A stretch of 64,000 bases of DNA, from the NCBI GenBank assembly GCA_964016885.1, contig OZ024743.1:37448001-37512000 (forward strand). The letters are read 5' to 3'. This stretch comes from Eledone cirrhosa (taxonomy: Eukaryota). The notes under the pieces were generated by a model, which was not told where the DNA came from, did no database searches, and saw only the letters and a program-made list of their open reading frames with translations. A program made the translations under genes and the position numbers. Below, one piece after another: positions 1-14,344 of this stretch (position 1 is its first letter; each line of letters opens with the position of its first letter).

Positions 1-30
<30 letters not shown>

Positions 31-33
<3 letters not shown>

Positions 34-121
34 CCCTTATTGAGTGCTTTACTAACTCATTACTTATTGTAGGTCGAATTTGCTTGGCTACAGCCAAGGC
101 CTCGATTTTACTAAGCTTCCA

Positions 122-124
<3 letters not shown>
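31..124 (-). mobile_element. PLE 3' fragment, local family A, between (TA)n tracts
   Basis: Minus strand reads [30 protein letters not shown], resembling the GIY-YIG C-terminal E-A-L...P-x-x-N segment. Similar to 24410-24500 and 45060-45146. Confidence 0.45.
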
Positions 125-205
<81 letters not shown>

Positions 206-288
206 TATACATATATATATATATATACACACATATATATATATATACACACACATATATATATATATTTATATATATATATATATAT

Positions 289-633
289 ATTTATTAAAAT
301 AACAGATTAAAGTTTAAGCAAAGAATCGCTGCTTTCACCCTTAACGGGATCTTCTGAAACTAACAAAGTCAATCTGTAAACGCAGAAGTGGATATTTCAA
401 AAAATATTTCAAAAATATTTCAAAATGTTTTTTTGAAATATCCACTTCTGCGTTTACAGATTGACTTTGTTAGTTTCAGAAGATCCCGTTAAGGGTGAAA
501 GCAGCGATTGTTTGCTTAACCATTAATCTGTTATTTTAATAAATATTTGCTCTACCGTTCTTTTATATTTTTGATATATATTTATCCTTATCGAGCCCTC
601 TTTGGATTTTAGTCTTGAAATTTATTATTATTA
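289..633. mobile_element. Fold-back non-coding repeat, local family B (probable PLE pLTR)
   Basis: 289-413 is the reverse complement of 428-545, and the right arm extends to ~633. Flanked by (TA)n. Other pieces at 31698-31810, 37903-37975 and 47015-47082. Confidence 0.75.
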
Positions 634-642
634 ATATATATA

Positions 643-679
<37 letters not shown>

Positions 680-718
680 ACATATGTATATATATATGTA
701 TATATATATATATATATA

Positions 719-1213
719 TTGTTATACTTTGGGAGGATCATGTTGCCAATAAGAAACACACGCACCAGTTGCTTTCACTTCAATTTATTATAAATTAAAT
801 TTATAAATTTAGGAGCTTATAAATTTCCGGTTGGTTGGTTGGTTCCACAACCAGACGATTGTTCATATATTGTCAAAGTTCTTTCGTCACACATTCGGTG
901 ACCTCTTCAGTGACTGGGGATTCTTTTCTTTGTTTTTGTGCCACTCCTTTGTTCTGTCCTACGCCATCTTGTTTTTGCGTGTGTTGTGTGCTTAGTTTGC
1001 GCATGTGTTACATCCGGGTGTCTGTGTGTGTTTATATTTGTTTATTTATTTGTTTATTTACATGTTACAGGTTGGTTGCTTGTTCTATGTGAAGTGAAAG
1101 CAACTGGTGCCTGTGTTTCTTATTGGCAACATTACCCTCCCAAAGTATAACAATATCGGTTTCAACAGACGTTTTCAGATAAAGAATTTGGCTAAACGAA
1201 TTCAGAAACGAAA
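719..1213. mobile_element. Short fold-back derivative of the PLE at 51670-54914
   Basis: 719-1085 matches 51670-52045. 1089-1155 is an inverted copy of 719-781, followed by an extra tail to ~1213. Both ends lie in TA-rich microsatellite. Confidence 0.85.
872..914 (-). ncRNA. Minimal hammerhead ribozyme motif (somewhat degenerate)
   Basis: Minus strand: gtca CTGAAGA g gtcac cgaatgt gtgac GAAA gaactt tgac. Confidence 0.55.
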
Positions 1214-1243
1214 TATATATATATATACTATATATACTATACT

Positions 1244-1800
1244 ATCCTTAATAAGAATACCATTAGACTCTCTTACTCTACCACACCTAATCTAGCTAGA
1301 AACTTAGCCAACAATAACATCAAGAAGCTAAATAAGTCTACTTTTTCCGAAGCCCATCCAGCAACCGATAGCAACTGCAATTGCCCTGATAAGACGACCT
1401 GCCCTCTCAACAACAACTGTCTAAAAAAAGATCTCGTGTATATATGCGATGTACTCTAAGGCCCCGATGAAAAAAGAAACTCGTACATCGGGATGACTTC
1501 TAATAGTTTTAAGACTCGCTGGTACGCCCACACACATTCGTTCCGGCGCCCAGACAAATCTAACCAAACTACACTCGCCGCCCACATCTGGCACCTAAAA
1601 AGGAACTCCATCCCCTTCAAGACCCAATGGAGACTACTCCAGAGAGCGCGATCATACACGGGAGGCCATAATTGCTGTGACCTCTGTATCTCCGAGAGCT
1701 ATGAGATTCTATTCGCCAAAGGCCCTCTCCTCAACAAGATCTTGGAACACTCCCCTTATTGCATGCACAAGAACTATGCAAATTACAAAAACTACAGACC
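1244..1800 (+). pseudogene. PLE GIY-YIG endonuclease remnant (Hydra-clade-like)
   Basis: Reads ILNKNTIRLSYSTT...CNCPDKTTCPLNNNC...LVY...*...SYIGMTSNSFKTRWYAH...CCDLCISE...LLNK...CMH, with one in-frame stop. Includes the start of ORF 1493-1966. Confidence 0.85.
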
Positions 1801-2623
1801 CCCCCGGCCCCCCGACCGACCCCCCCATATACCCCCACCCCCGCCCCCATCCCTTTTCCGTCCCTACATCTCTCATTATTACCCTCTTTCCTTCCCTCTA
1901 TCTCTCATTATTACCTTCTTTACTCCCCTCCAGGTCTTATATATTGTGTTGTATGCCTCTGAGTAAAGTTCCGTGGCCGCACACACAAATTCACGTATAT
2001 ACCTGCTCATGTTTGCATACGCGCAGTTATGAACTGCTGCACGCACACGTTCATGATTTATTTATCTATTTAACTGTATATTTATTTATTTAGTTACTTT
2101 ATTTACTTATTTATTTATTTATTTATCCATTTATTTATTTATTTATTTGTTTATTTATTTACTTATTTACTGGTTTATTTGTTTATCTGTTTGTTTGTTT
2201 GTTTGTTAGTTAACTCATTCATTTATTTATTAATTTATGAGTGAATGATTAGGTAATGAATAGATAAGGGATAAAAGATAGGTAACGAATAGTGAATGGT
2301 AAATAGTAAGTAATAAATATTAAATAGTAATTAATTACTTGATGATAATATTAATAACTTAATAGTGACATTAATTATTTTATCCTCTATCCGGCCCAGT
2401 TTAAAATTTAAAATTTAAAATTTAAAATTAAAATTTGTCCCACTACCTTTATACTTTAGACACATGTATGAGTGCGAACGAGTGCGTGTTTGTGCATATG
2501 CGTTTATGTGTACTTATTTGTATGAATGTATGTGTATGTATGCGTGTTTGCTTGTAAATGTGTATGTGTGTGTATGTATATATGTGTATGTATATATATG
2601 TATATATGTATATATATATATAT

Positions 2624-3494
2624 ATATGATAATAATGGAGCTGCGGCGTTGCAAATGGGTTACATATGAAAAAGTGAGTCCTTCATCAGTGACCCTCCAA
2701 CCGTCCTAGGCATTTCATCGCTTTAAGGGCCATATACCTCAGGTTGGTGCGAACAACGGCTAAAAAAAGTCGTTGGGACACGTAAATAAAGAGAACGTTA
2801 GGGTGAACAAACAAAATGGTTTAAGCAACAGAACGGTTGGAGGGTCACTGATGAAGGACTCACTTTTTCATATGTAACCCATTTGCAACGCCGCAGCTCC
2901 ATTATTATCATATTTACACACATATTTTTTCCTCTGCTGCCACCCGTCTGTTTCGTTCTTTGTATCTTTACCCTTTCTAGCAGTCTCTTTCTCTGTTAGC
3001 CTCTTCCTCAACTTTCACTCACTCATACCCTGTCACTACCTCTCCTCCTCTCCCCTTTCTTCCCGCTTGACCTGTCCGTAATCCTTTTCTCGCGGGCACT
3101 TTGCCAAGCCGGTATGAATTTTTTTTCTCTCTCTCTCTCTCGTCTGCGAATTCACAGAACTTATGTTTACCGAATTCGCTGACCAGACCCCTTCTTTTTA
3201 CCCACGTTAGACCTGTGCGAAATTCCTTCCTTGCTCACATTTCAACCAACTTTGATGGTCTTTATTCTCTCGTTCACGATTTTATCGAGTTTATATTCAT
3301 AGAAATCTGGGACTTGTCTCTTTCTTCTCACTTTCTGTTGCTTAAACCATTTTGTTTGTTCACCCTAACGTTCTCTTTATTTACGTGTCCCAACAACTTT
3401 TTTTAGCCGTTGTTCGCACCAACCTGAGGTATATGGCCCTTAAAGCGATGAAATTCCTAGGACGGTTGGAGGGTCACTGATGAAGGACTCACTT

Positions 3495-3500
<6 letters not shown>
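2624..3500. mobile_element. Non-coding fold-back plus partial tandem element, local family D (629-nt unit)
   Basis: Inverted arm 2624-2833. Forward part 2834-3500 has a terminal direct repeat (2834-2872 = 3463-3501). Diverged copies at 6895-7013 and 23446-23992. Confidence 0.8.
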
Positions 3501-3539
<39 letters not shown>

Positions 3540-3540
3540 A

Positions 3541-3976
3541 ATTTGAGGTTGGTAATGGCACATGGAATATATAAGAGACAGAATACTTTTTTGTGAAAAA
3601 ACATAATTTTATAAGGTAAGGAAATAATAAAGGGTATAAAAAATGACCGGTTTCGATGGGTCTGCAAAAGCCATCTTTTCAAATGTTGATTAATATTAAG
3701 AAAAATTAATAATACGAAGAGTTAAAATTTGAGACTTGAAAATTCAAGTATAAAATTCATTGTGGGATTTCATAGCAGTTTTCATCTAGGTAGCAACAAC
3801 AGGTTGACTGCTGTGTCCCTTTCTGGTAGTGAATGAGAAGTTATTTGGGGTGTGGGTTATTTTATAAAGGTCAGATTTAGCAATCACCAACTGGCCAGCT
3901 GCTGGTCAGTGAGGGATTTAGTGCACTTACACCTATATATACACACATACCTTCATCCACACATACATACATATAC

Positions 3977-4017
<41 letters not shown>

Positions 4018-4082
4018 CACACATACATACACACACACATACATATACATACACACATACACACACACACATATATACACAT

Positions 4083-4137
<55 letters not shown>

Positions 4138-4176
4138 TATATATACATACACATACATCCAGATACACACATACAT

Positions 4177-4248
<72 letters not shown>

Positions 4249-4394
4249 CCCAACTTCTTATATTATGGAAAAAATATGTGTCTGTATGTATATATATATA
4301 TATATATATTTGAAGGCCATTACTCTGTGTGTGGGTGTATGTATGTGTATATGTGTGTGTGTGTGTATGTGTGTGCATGTGGATGTATGTATTA

Positions 4395-4439
<45 letters not shown>

Positions 4440-4605
4440 GGGTATCTGGATGTATGCGTATGTGTATATATATATATATATGCGTGTGTGTGTGTGTGTG
4501 TGTATATATATGTGTGTGTATGTGTGTATATATATGTGTGTGTGTGTGTATGTTTGTATGTGTGTATGTGTATATATATGTGTGTGTGTGTGTATGTATG
4601 TGTGG

Positions 4606-4683
<78 letters not shown>

Positions 4684-4722
4684 ATGTATGTGTGTATCTG
4701 GATGTATGTGTATGTATATATA

Positions 4723-4779
<57 letters not shown>

Positions 4780-5417
4780 ATGTGTATATATGTGTGTGTG
4801 TGTATGTGTGTATGTATATGTATGTGTGTGTGTATGTATGTGTGTATATGTATATATATATATATATATATGTATATGTATATGTATGTATGTGTGGATG
4901 AAGGTATGTGTGTATATATAGGTGTAAGTGCACTAAATCCCTTTCTATCATGCTCCACTCTCCTACCCATCACAGGAAGATATGTGTATGTATTTTGCTT
5001 CCACCCCCTCACTGACCAGCAGCTGGCCAGTTGGTGATTGCTAAATCTGACCTTTATAAAATAACCCACACCTCAAATAACTTCTCATTCACTACCAGAA
5101 AGGGACACAGCAGTCAACCTGTTGTTGCTACCAAGATGAAAACTGCTATGAAATCCCACAATGAATTTTATACTTGAATTTTCAAGTCTCAAATTTTAAC
5201 TCTTCGTATTATTAATTTTTCTTAATATTAATCAACATTTGAAAAGATGGCTGTTGCAGACCCATCGAAACCGGTCATTTTTTATACCCTTTATTATTTC
5301 CTTACCTTATAAAATTATCTTTTTTCACAAAAAAGTATTCTGTCTCTTATATATTCCATGTGCCATTACCAACCTCAATTTTCTCTATAACCTTCGTTTT
5401 GTGTAGAAAATTACACT

Positions 5418-5421
<4 letters not shown>
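3541..5421. mobile_element. 1.9-kb fold-back element, local family E, containing a complex microsatellite
   Basis: 3541-3915 is inverted at 5008-5377, and the complex TA/CA tract ~3915-4248 is inverted at ~4615-4942. Each arm has an HHR-like motif. Confidence 0.85.
5234..5281 (+). ncRNA. Hammerhead-like motif with U3-A8 core variant
   Basis: TTGAAAA gatgg ctgttgcagac ccatc GAAA ccgg TC, with palindromic stem III ACCGGT and a weak stem I. Mirror copy at ~3641-3688 (-). Confidence 0.55.
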
Positions 5422-5483
<62 letters not shown>

Positions 5484-5638
5484 TTTTATATGTATGTGTG
5501 TGTGTATGTGTATATATGTATATATATGTGTGAATGTTTGTGTTTGTGTGTGTGTATGTATGTGTATGTATGTGTGTGCATTTGTATGTATGTGTATGTA
5601 TAGTATAGTTTACACGAGAGAGACATACGTACATGTAG

Positions 5639-5695
<57 letters not shown>

Positions 5696-5939
5696 CATAT
5701 ATATGTATATATATATATGTATGTGTATGCGCACGTGTGTATGTGTAGATATATATGTGTGTGTATGTGTATACGTGTGTGTGTGTGTATATTTGTGTGT
5801 TTGGGTTTTCCTTGTGTACATATGTATATATGTGTGTGTGTGTGTATATGTGTATACGCACACATATGTGTGTGTGTGTATATATATATATGTATGTATA
5901 TGTGTGTATATGTGTGTGAATGTGTAGGTGTGCACACAG

Positions 5940-6018
<79 letters not shown>

Positions 6019-6099
6019 TATATATGTGTGTGTAAGTGTTTAAATATGTGTGTGTATATATATGTGTGTGTAAGTGTTTTTGTATGTGGTTGTGAGTAT

Positions 6100-7013
<914 letters not shown>

Positions 7014-8349
7014 ATATATATATATATATATATATATATTTGTGTGTGTGTGTGTGTGTATGTATGTATATATACATATATACATATATATACATACATA
7101 TGTATATATAATTCCTGAATAAAAATAAAGACTCCTTTACGAATCTATATGTATGTATGCAGGCGTGCGTGCATGTATATATGTAGGCATGTATGTATGT
7201 ATGTATGTATATTTGTATTGGTGTGTTTGTGCGTGTGTATGATCATCATTGGTATCTCGGATTCCATTGAATTCATCTGTGTTCTATGATGTCTGAAAAA
7301 GCCTATGTTTTATTCAAATGAACACTGACAACGAAGTGGGGCGCAACTGCATCCAAGTGTCCTCCTTGCGGATCTCCTCTCCGACGACGATGTTTCATTC
7401 TATTATCTTTCTATTTGCGATTACATTAAATGATGCTGCTACCAGAGCTGACCTGAGTTTAAACAATGAAGCATTATTTCACAATTATTCGCCAGGGAGA
7501 TAATCGATACCTACCATTTGTATAACTTTCCAGAAGTCATTTTTTGGAGTATTCTAGTCAACGCTTATGCATATATGTATAATCATGTGTAGAGACGTTG
7601 ATGTTATGTTTATTGTTCTTTATCTTGTTTAGCTACATATGAACAAAGACTTTCTAACCTTGGCCAGCTAGATATATTTTTTACATGTCTTACTTATCCA
7701 TGCATTGTCCCACGCTGATTCAGCTTTGGAATTACGGTATGGGTACACGTGTTTATGGAGTGCTCCACACCTTACATGTTAATTCACGAACAGAATGCTA
7801 ATCGTTGAAGGAGATAGAAAATCCATCATGCATCCAAAACCAAATTATCCTATTGTCCATGCGTTTTTCCTTAAAGATATACTTAGAATGTTAGTGATTT
7901 GACCGCTATATTTAGCAAGTTTTGCATTAGCATAGAGTATCTTTCGTTTGTTCATATATGCTTAATTTTCTTGGTTCTTATTTAATCACAGGTTGGGCAT
8001 AGTTCAGTGGACGTGTGAGCAATTGATTATCAGCTGTAAGCCTCCTGATATTTGATTGATAAGTATTATGTGGCCTAGAGTTAATTATTCTATTTGTCAT
8101 TCTCTAAAGTTGGCAGGTTGTGAATTGGGGGAATCTGGCTACTATTTCTATTTGTAGCAATTCGAATGACCATATAATAATTCCACCCTTAAACTGTGAA
8201 TATGCTCTCCCGTGTTAGTGTTCCAATCCAGACAGTACACCAATAACTGATGGATCACTCCTAGTTTTCCTCAATGTGTACTCAGTTGTTCGATGTTCAG
8301 TAAATTAAAGTTCAGTAAATTAAAATGTAAGGGTTTGAGTATTCCATAG

Positions 8350-8575
8350 ACATGTGTACTCTTCCCAGGATTAATTAATGCGTGACATCTGCACCTTTGA
8401 ACTACAGGTAAAACCTATGAGACGAATTACCATACCGTTTCCATGTACCTAATTTCTTTCACGAGGTTTGGTTTCATTCGAAGTTATGAAAAAGATGGTT
8501 ACTTAAGGTGTCACTCCGTTGAATCAAACCCAGGCCCTCTTGATTTTGACCGAACTTCTTAACCCTCCAGTCATA
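8350..8575 (-). mobile_element. Possible degenerate tRNA-derived SINE
   Basis: Minus strand has A/B-box-like segments (ggttaagaagttcgg...gggtttgattc). Weak. Confidence 0.3.
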
Positions 8576-8799
8576 AATTCATGCAATAATTAGTTGAATG
8601 TTTCCAAATTACTCCCCATATTTTTATTCGCCATTGGGTGTCAAACGAATAATGATACAGTGAGCTATGCGTTTATTATCAAAACTTACACAAACCTATA
8701 CTTATTACTTTTTCTATAGACTTTTAAGATTATATGAATCGTGTGGATCAGCTTAATGTTTTTGTGCGATTAAACAAACAAATGTACATGATCTGTACT

Positions 8800-10120
8800 G
8801 AGGGTGATAATGTACCCCGTCTCCGAATGCAGTGCTACTCAGGGCCACCCACCGATGTAGGTGACGAAATTCCTGCACAACAGCTCATTCTTAGGTGCGT
8901 CTGATGTTGTGACACCGGCTACCTGAACATGCGAGAACAGAATCAAATTCGATGGGTCTCAACGTTTCCATTCCCCTCAATGTATCGAGTGCATCACGCT
9001 TTTGCAGCTGCCTCCGATAAAGCATCCGAAGGGTGTTTCCTTTGCCGCCAGCTCATGGAAACTGAGGAGCGACTCAAACCTGGCTCCTACAAATATTCTA
9101 TCCCTACCTCTACAGGGAAATAGGATGCCTTTCATCCAAGCTCGTCTATGAGTGAGAAAAAACCTGCTGGTAAGAGGAGAGTAATTCCTGTAGACTTTGT
9201 ACGACATTCCATCTTACCTCGGCTCATACTTAATTCGAGCGTTTCTGACAAAATTCCGGATTTCCTTTTTTTCGAAGGTCACCAAGGAGGTTGAATTTTA
9301 CTTCGGGTGGTGTTGACTGTAGTGTCCTCTGCATTGGTATCATAGAGATATCTACGAGATTATCACGATACGCATTGCGCAACTGTGTCTTCAGTTCTTC
9401 CTTGTGCATATCAGGTCACCATTTCTGCTTTTCTGGAACAGCCCCTTTGCATACTTGTATGGATATTCAACGAAACTCCTTTACCACTGCCCCCTTAGCC
9501 GTATTCCTTTCTTTCTTTTCTCAATTCGGGTCAGGTGGCAAAGGCGCTCCTTAACATCTTTTTACAGAGTTTTTAAAAGTACATTTTCTACTTCCCTTGC
9601 CTCAATTTTTCTGCCCCTCAACATTTTCTTCTCCCTCTTCACCTCTTCTACGAGGCGATTTTGGCTGCTTTTGTCTCCTGGTACATTCATTTTACCACCT
9701 GCACATAGTATGCCCAACATCTTCTCACCTGTGTGCAATATCGAATGAACAAATACCCAGAGTTCTTCCAATAACCTTTTCAGCATTGAAAAGGTTATTG
9801 GAAGAACTGTAGATACACAGTTTATATAAATTAAGCCATATGATCTTCATTTGCCGGCCCACAATATCATTTGCAGGGGGTACTGATGTACATCAGCGAT
9901 GTGCTTTCTGGTTACTATCAATACTAATCGTCTGTGATTCTGCATGCACCATATCTACATGTGAATCCGGAGGTCTTTCAGTCTAACAAACTGCTTCCCA
10001 GGGCCCTTCTGCTGAAGCATTTGAGAACTAAGTATTTAGGTTAATGCTGCCTTTCATGTCCATGGTTATTTCCGATCCGTTAACGAGATTCCCAGTAACC
10101 CTTACTTTACCTCATTTTCC
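8800..10120 (-). pseudogene. Decayed non-LTR retrotransposon RT region (Hero/NeSL-like)
   Basis: Minus frame with stops reads KEELKTQLRNAYRD...PPEVKFNLLGDLRKKEIRNFVRNARIKYEPR*DGMSYKVYRN...RRAWMKGI, the pre-RT and domain-0 (GPDG-x-x-Y-K-V-Y-K) pattern of Hero-type elements. Confidence 0.55.
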
Positions 10121-10320
10121 CTAGGTGAGGGTATTACTTTGCCTTTGTTGCGCCAGGTTTTGTTCGGGATGTGGCATCGGGTGCTGCCAGTATGGCGCCG
10201 TGCTCGGGATTGCAAATCATTTCGCGCTGCCATATATTGGTGTGTGTGTTCAATGTATGTATGTATGTATGTATGTATGTATGTATGTATTGTATGTATG
10301 TATGTATGTATGTATGTATG

Positions 10321-10395
<75 letters not shown>

Positions 10396-10489
10396 AGTAA
10401 GAATATTTTTGAAACAGCGAGCGAGTTTGAAATTATAAATATAAGCTATCGCCGTATATTGACTAAAGAAATTAAAGAAATTATTTAGC

Positions 10490-10552
<63 letters not shown>

Positions 10553-10554
<2 letters not shown>

Positions 10555-10858
10555 GAGATTGGAAATAACACTGAACATATATTTAAGGGTCTGTTTTTCT
10601 TTGTATTTTTCCTTTTATTTGATTCGTCCAAGTGGCATTTTTGAAAAAATGCGAGGTACAATTCTTTTAAAATATAGTTTTATAATGTTTATAAAGTATA
10701 TAAAGTATTACCGGTTTCGATGTATTAGTAAAATTCATCTTATCAAATGTTGAGTATTACAATTAAAAGGAATTAATAAGAATTAAAAACTAAAAATTAA
10801 AGATTTAAAATTAACTGTTGAGGTAAGTTTTTGCATTTTCCTGGTTGAGAGGGAGACT
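10553..10858 (-). mobile_element. Diverged relative of family E with HHR-like motif
   Basis: Colinear with 3545-3740. Minus strand reads TTGATAA gatg...catc GAAA ccgg TA at ~10705-10750. Confidence 0.55.
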
Positions 10859-10870
10859 ATATATATATAT

Positions 10871-11236
10871 AGGAAAACTCTGATATAACACCTGCAACCC
10901 TGATGGTATCCAATGATGTTGATTTGTTCTTCTATTTGGTAAATATCATCTTGGTTAAGAGAGTGGGACTGGCTTTGTGCAGTGCCTTTGCTCACTATAA
11001 AAGCTTCACGGCACAGGCATTGCTATATATCTGGAGATCTCTCTGCACTTGTCGTCACATGGTACCAAGGGCCCAGCACTATGTGTCAGAAATTGTCACA
11101 AGTGTAGTGTTTGTACCAGAGTTTTCAAGTCGCTGGCTGGACTAAAAAGTCACACTCGTTCAGCGCATCGGTAGGGGTTCTCCTACATGGATATAAAGTA
11201 GTGGCCGTACTCGAAAACGAGTTGGCAGCCACCATG
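10871..11236 (+). mobile_element. RTE-like LINE 3' end / composite short retroposon
   Basis: Encodes [26 protein letters not shown] (C-terminal C2H2 typical of RTE ORF2) followed by a short UTR and microsatellite. Near-identical copy at 50148-50511. Confidence 0.7.
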
Positions 11237-11299
11237 TATATATGTATATATGTATGTATGTATGTATTTATGTAGGTTTGTATGTATGTATACATACAC

Positions 11300-11342
<43 letters not shown>

Positions 11343-11354
11343 CACACACACACA

Positions 11355-11412
<58 letters not shown>

Positions 11413-11756
11413 GTACATATATAAACAAACAAGCATACATGCTTCTATATAAACATTGGTTGTGTATGTATGCCTTGATACATATACGGACACATATAAA
11501 TCACACATATTCTCCTAGACATGGCACATACTCTATCACACACAAATACACATAGATATACAACACACAACACAGACCTACACATATGTGAAGTGATAAA
11601 TCTTATTTATGAGATAGCATTGCTGCTTTTATTGATACATTGGACGTAATTTGTCAAAGTGTTACAATTTCTTTGATTTCCTAGCGGGCAAATAGAAATA
11701 GCGATTTTAGAAGAGAGAAGAAAAAAACTAACTTTTATGAAGTAAAAACAACCAGA

Positions 11757-11801
<45 letters not shown>

Positions 11802-11807
11802 TGTATG

Positions 11808-11934
<127 letters not shown>

Positions 11935-12381
11935 ATATATATATATATATGCGTATATATATATGTATATGTGCGCGTTTGAGTGTGTGTGTGCGTATGC
12001 GCGTGAGCTATAATTTCTTTAATTAAATAAACAATTACGGAGGAAAAATGTCACTTTATTTCTTTCATAAAGAACCTTAAGTAAATCGCTCTATTACCTC
12101 TCTCCCCACTCACAGCAGCACAAGCACACACACACGCACATTCTTATACTTATATTTCCACGCATTTGAACAGCTATACACATAAACATATATATCCAAA
12201 CATACAAAATATCTACCAATCTCTATATATATTTGCACAGACCGACAGACGGGCAAGCAGACAGACAGGCAGACAAATAGACAGGCAGGCAGTCAGACAG
12301 ACACTCACACATATCATACGCACTCATACATGGACACACACACACACACATATTTATATATATATACCCTCACACACAAAC

Positions 12382-12435
<54 letters not shown>

Positions 12436-12553
12436 GTATTGTGAAATTATAACGGTTACACTAAAGTACATCTTGACAAGTAAATTGGGAAGAGAACACA
12501 CGACCTTAACTGGCAGCCAGGTGAAGAATGAAGAAGGTAATGCAAAGGTAATT

Positions 12554-12708
12554 ATAATTGTTTCTACTTTTTTGGCACAAGACCAGCAAATTAACCAGTA
12601 CATTACTGGTTCTTTATTTTATCGACCCCGTAAGGATGAAAGGCAAAGTTGACCTCAGCGGGATTTGAACTCAGGTCATAAAGGGCCGTAACTATGCTGC
12701 AAAGCATG
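12554..12708 (-). mobile_element. tRNA-derived SINE (Meta/MESC-like core)
   Basis: Reverse complement of gagttcaaatccc...gcctttcatccttacggggtcgataaaataaag...agtagaaacaattat. Confidence 0.85.
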
Positions 12709-13028
12709 GTAATTATAATATTTTTCGTTTGCATTTAAATTAACATTTATTAGTAAGATATTATAATCATAATGTTTCACACGATATTAGAATCCATGGA
12801 ACTTTACAAATATAACACAAAAATCTGAAATAAAAATCAATAAGAAAACATAAATTCAACACTAGGTGCGTCAATGAATCACACACCACAAGGAGCATCG
12901 GAGAGATAGATTTTGATAAAGTGTTCAGGTTTACGTTGATTTAATTGATATTAGTATACTGCTAAATAAACACGAGAAATATGAAATCTTCATTGAATTT
13001 GCAGTATTGCTGTCATTATTATAACCTT

Positions 13029-13164
13029 GGCGGGATTACGTTCTGAGTTCAAATCCCGTCAAGGTTAACTTTGCCTTCCATCCTTACGGGGTCGATAAAA
13101 TAAAGTACCAGTAATGTACTGGGTAATTGCTGGCCTTGTGCCAAAAGTAGAAACAATTATTATA
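13029..13164 (+). mobile_element. tRNA-derived SINE, 5'-truncated
   Basis: B box gagttcaaatc, core catccttacggggtcgataaaataaagtaccag, and (att) tail. Confidence 0.85.
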
Positions 13165-13189
13165 ATGAACAATTTTAATTAATGATAAC

Positions 13190-13990
13190 CACACCAACAA
13201 TGTTCTATATTAATGACATCATCAAGCACAGCAACATAAGAATCTTCGCAGATGATTCCAAGCCCCAGAAGGTCACTAATTACGTGGGTGACCGGATATG
13301 CCTCCAATCCGATCTACTGGCTGTTATTCAATGGGTTGAAAAAACAATATGCTGCTGAACGAAGATAAATGTGAGTTAATCCACTTTAGAAAAGGAGATG
13401 CCATGACCCTCCTTCAGGTGAAACTCTCGTGGCATCCAACAACATCAGAGACGTGGGGATAATTGTGGACAACAACATAAGCTGGGTCACTCATATAAAC
13501 AGCAAACTTGACATGGCCCGCAGAATGTGTTCCTGGATTCTTAAAACCTCCTAGTCGAGAGATATCCAACCGATTATCCTTCTCTTCTCCACTTTTGACC
13601 ACACCTTACACACCTTGAATACTGTTGTCCACTAAGGTCTCCCCCACACGAAACAAAGTATCATGAAAATTGAAGTTCCTCAAAAGTTAATTACGAAAAA
13701 GTTTGGGGTCAACTAGAAAAACTCAAACTTTATTCTCCCCAACGCCGCCTTGCGCGCTACATTATCTGGATGATGTGGAAAATATTCCATCAGCATTTCC
13801 CAAATGATGTTGGCATCACCTTTAAACTACACACAAGGCTTGAGACCCGTGCTATCCGCCAACAACGGAAATCAAACACGCATCTCATAACAACAATACG
13901 GCACTATTATTTCCCCTTAATTGGCTCCGCAAACAATAACTCCCTTCCTGAGTGGGCCATGGTGTCCAAATCCAGATTTGAAAGACTGCG
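13190..13990 (+). pseudogene. CR1-like LINE RT C-terminal fragment
   Basis: YINDIIKHSNIRIFADDSK...LQSDLLAVIQW...LNEDKCE...DVGIIVDNNISW...LEYCCP, with frameshifts. Confidence 0.8.
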
Positions 13991-14062
13991 TCAGGTAGTG
14001 CTATTAAATTAGACATGGCCTGGGCCAGTACTGGCCAAAACCTATCAAAGTTATCAAAGTCA

Positions 14063-14120
<58 letters not shown>

Positions 14121-14344
14121 GATACATATGTATATATATATATATATATATATGTAGATAAATCTACCAAAAGTTTACGGTAGTGTCCAATCCGTATGAA
14201 GAGCTCAATGTAATCCGGATATCATGAAAAGAGAAGATGCATTCATAAACTACTTTCGGTGAAAAATAAACGGAAAACAGGGTCAAGATAAATTAATAAA
14301 ATAATGAATAAACAAAGAACCAGTTCCTTATATTAAAAAAATTC

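Noticed and set aside
719-1155. MITE interpretation of the ~65-bp inverted repeats
   Set aside because: The repeats are the 3' end of an RT-encoding PLE, the arms are unequal, and an HHR lies inside.
10110-10240. Possible host exon after ttttccctag
   Set aside because: No recognisable protein or partner exons. It more likely belongs to the adjacent retroelement.
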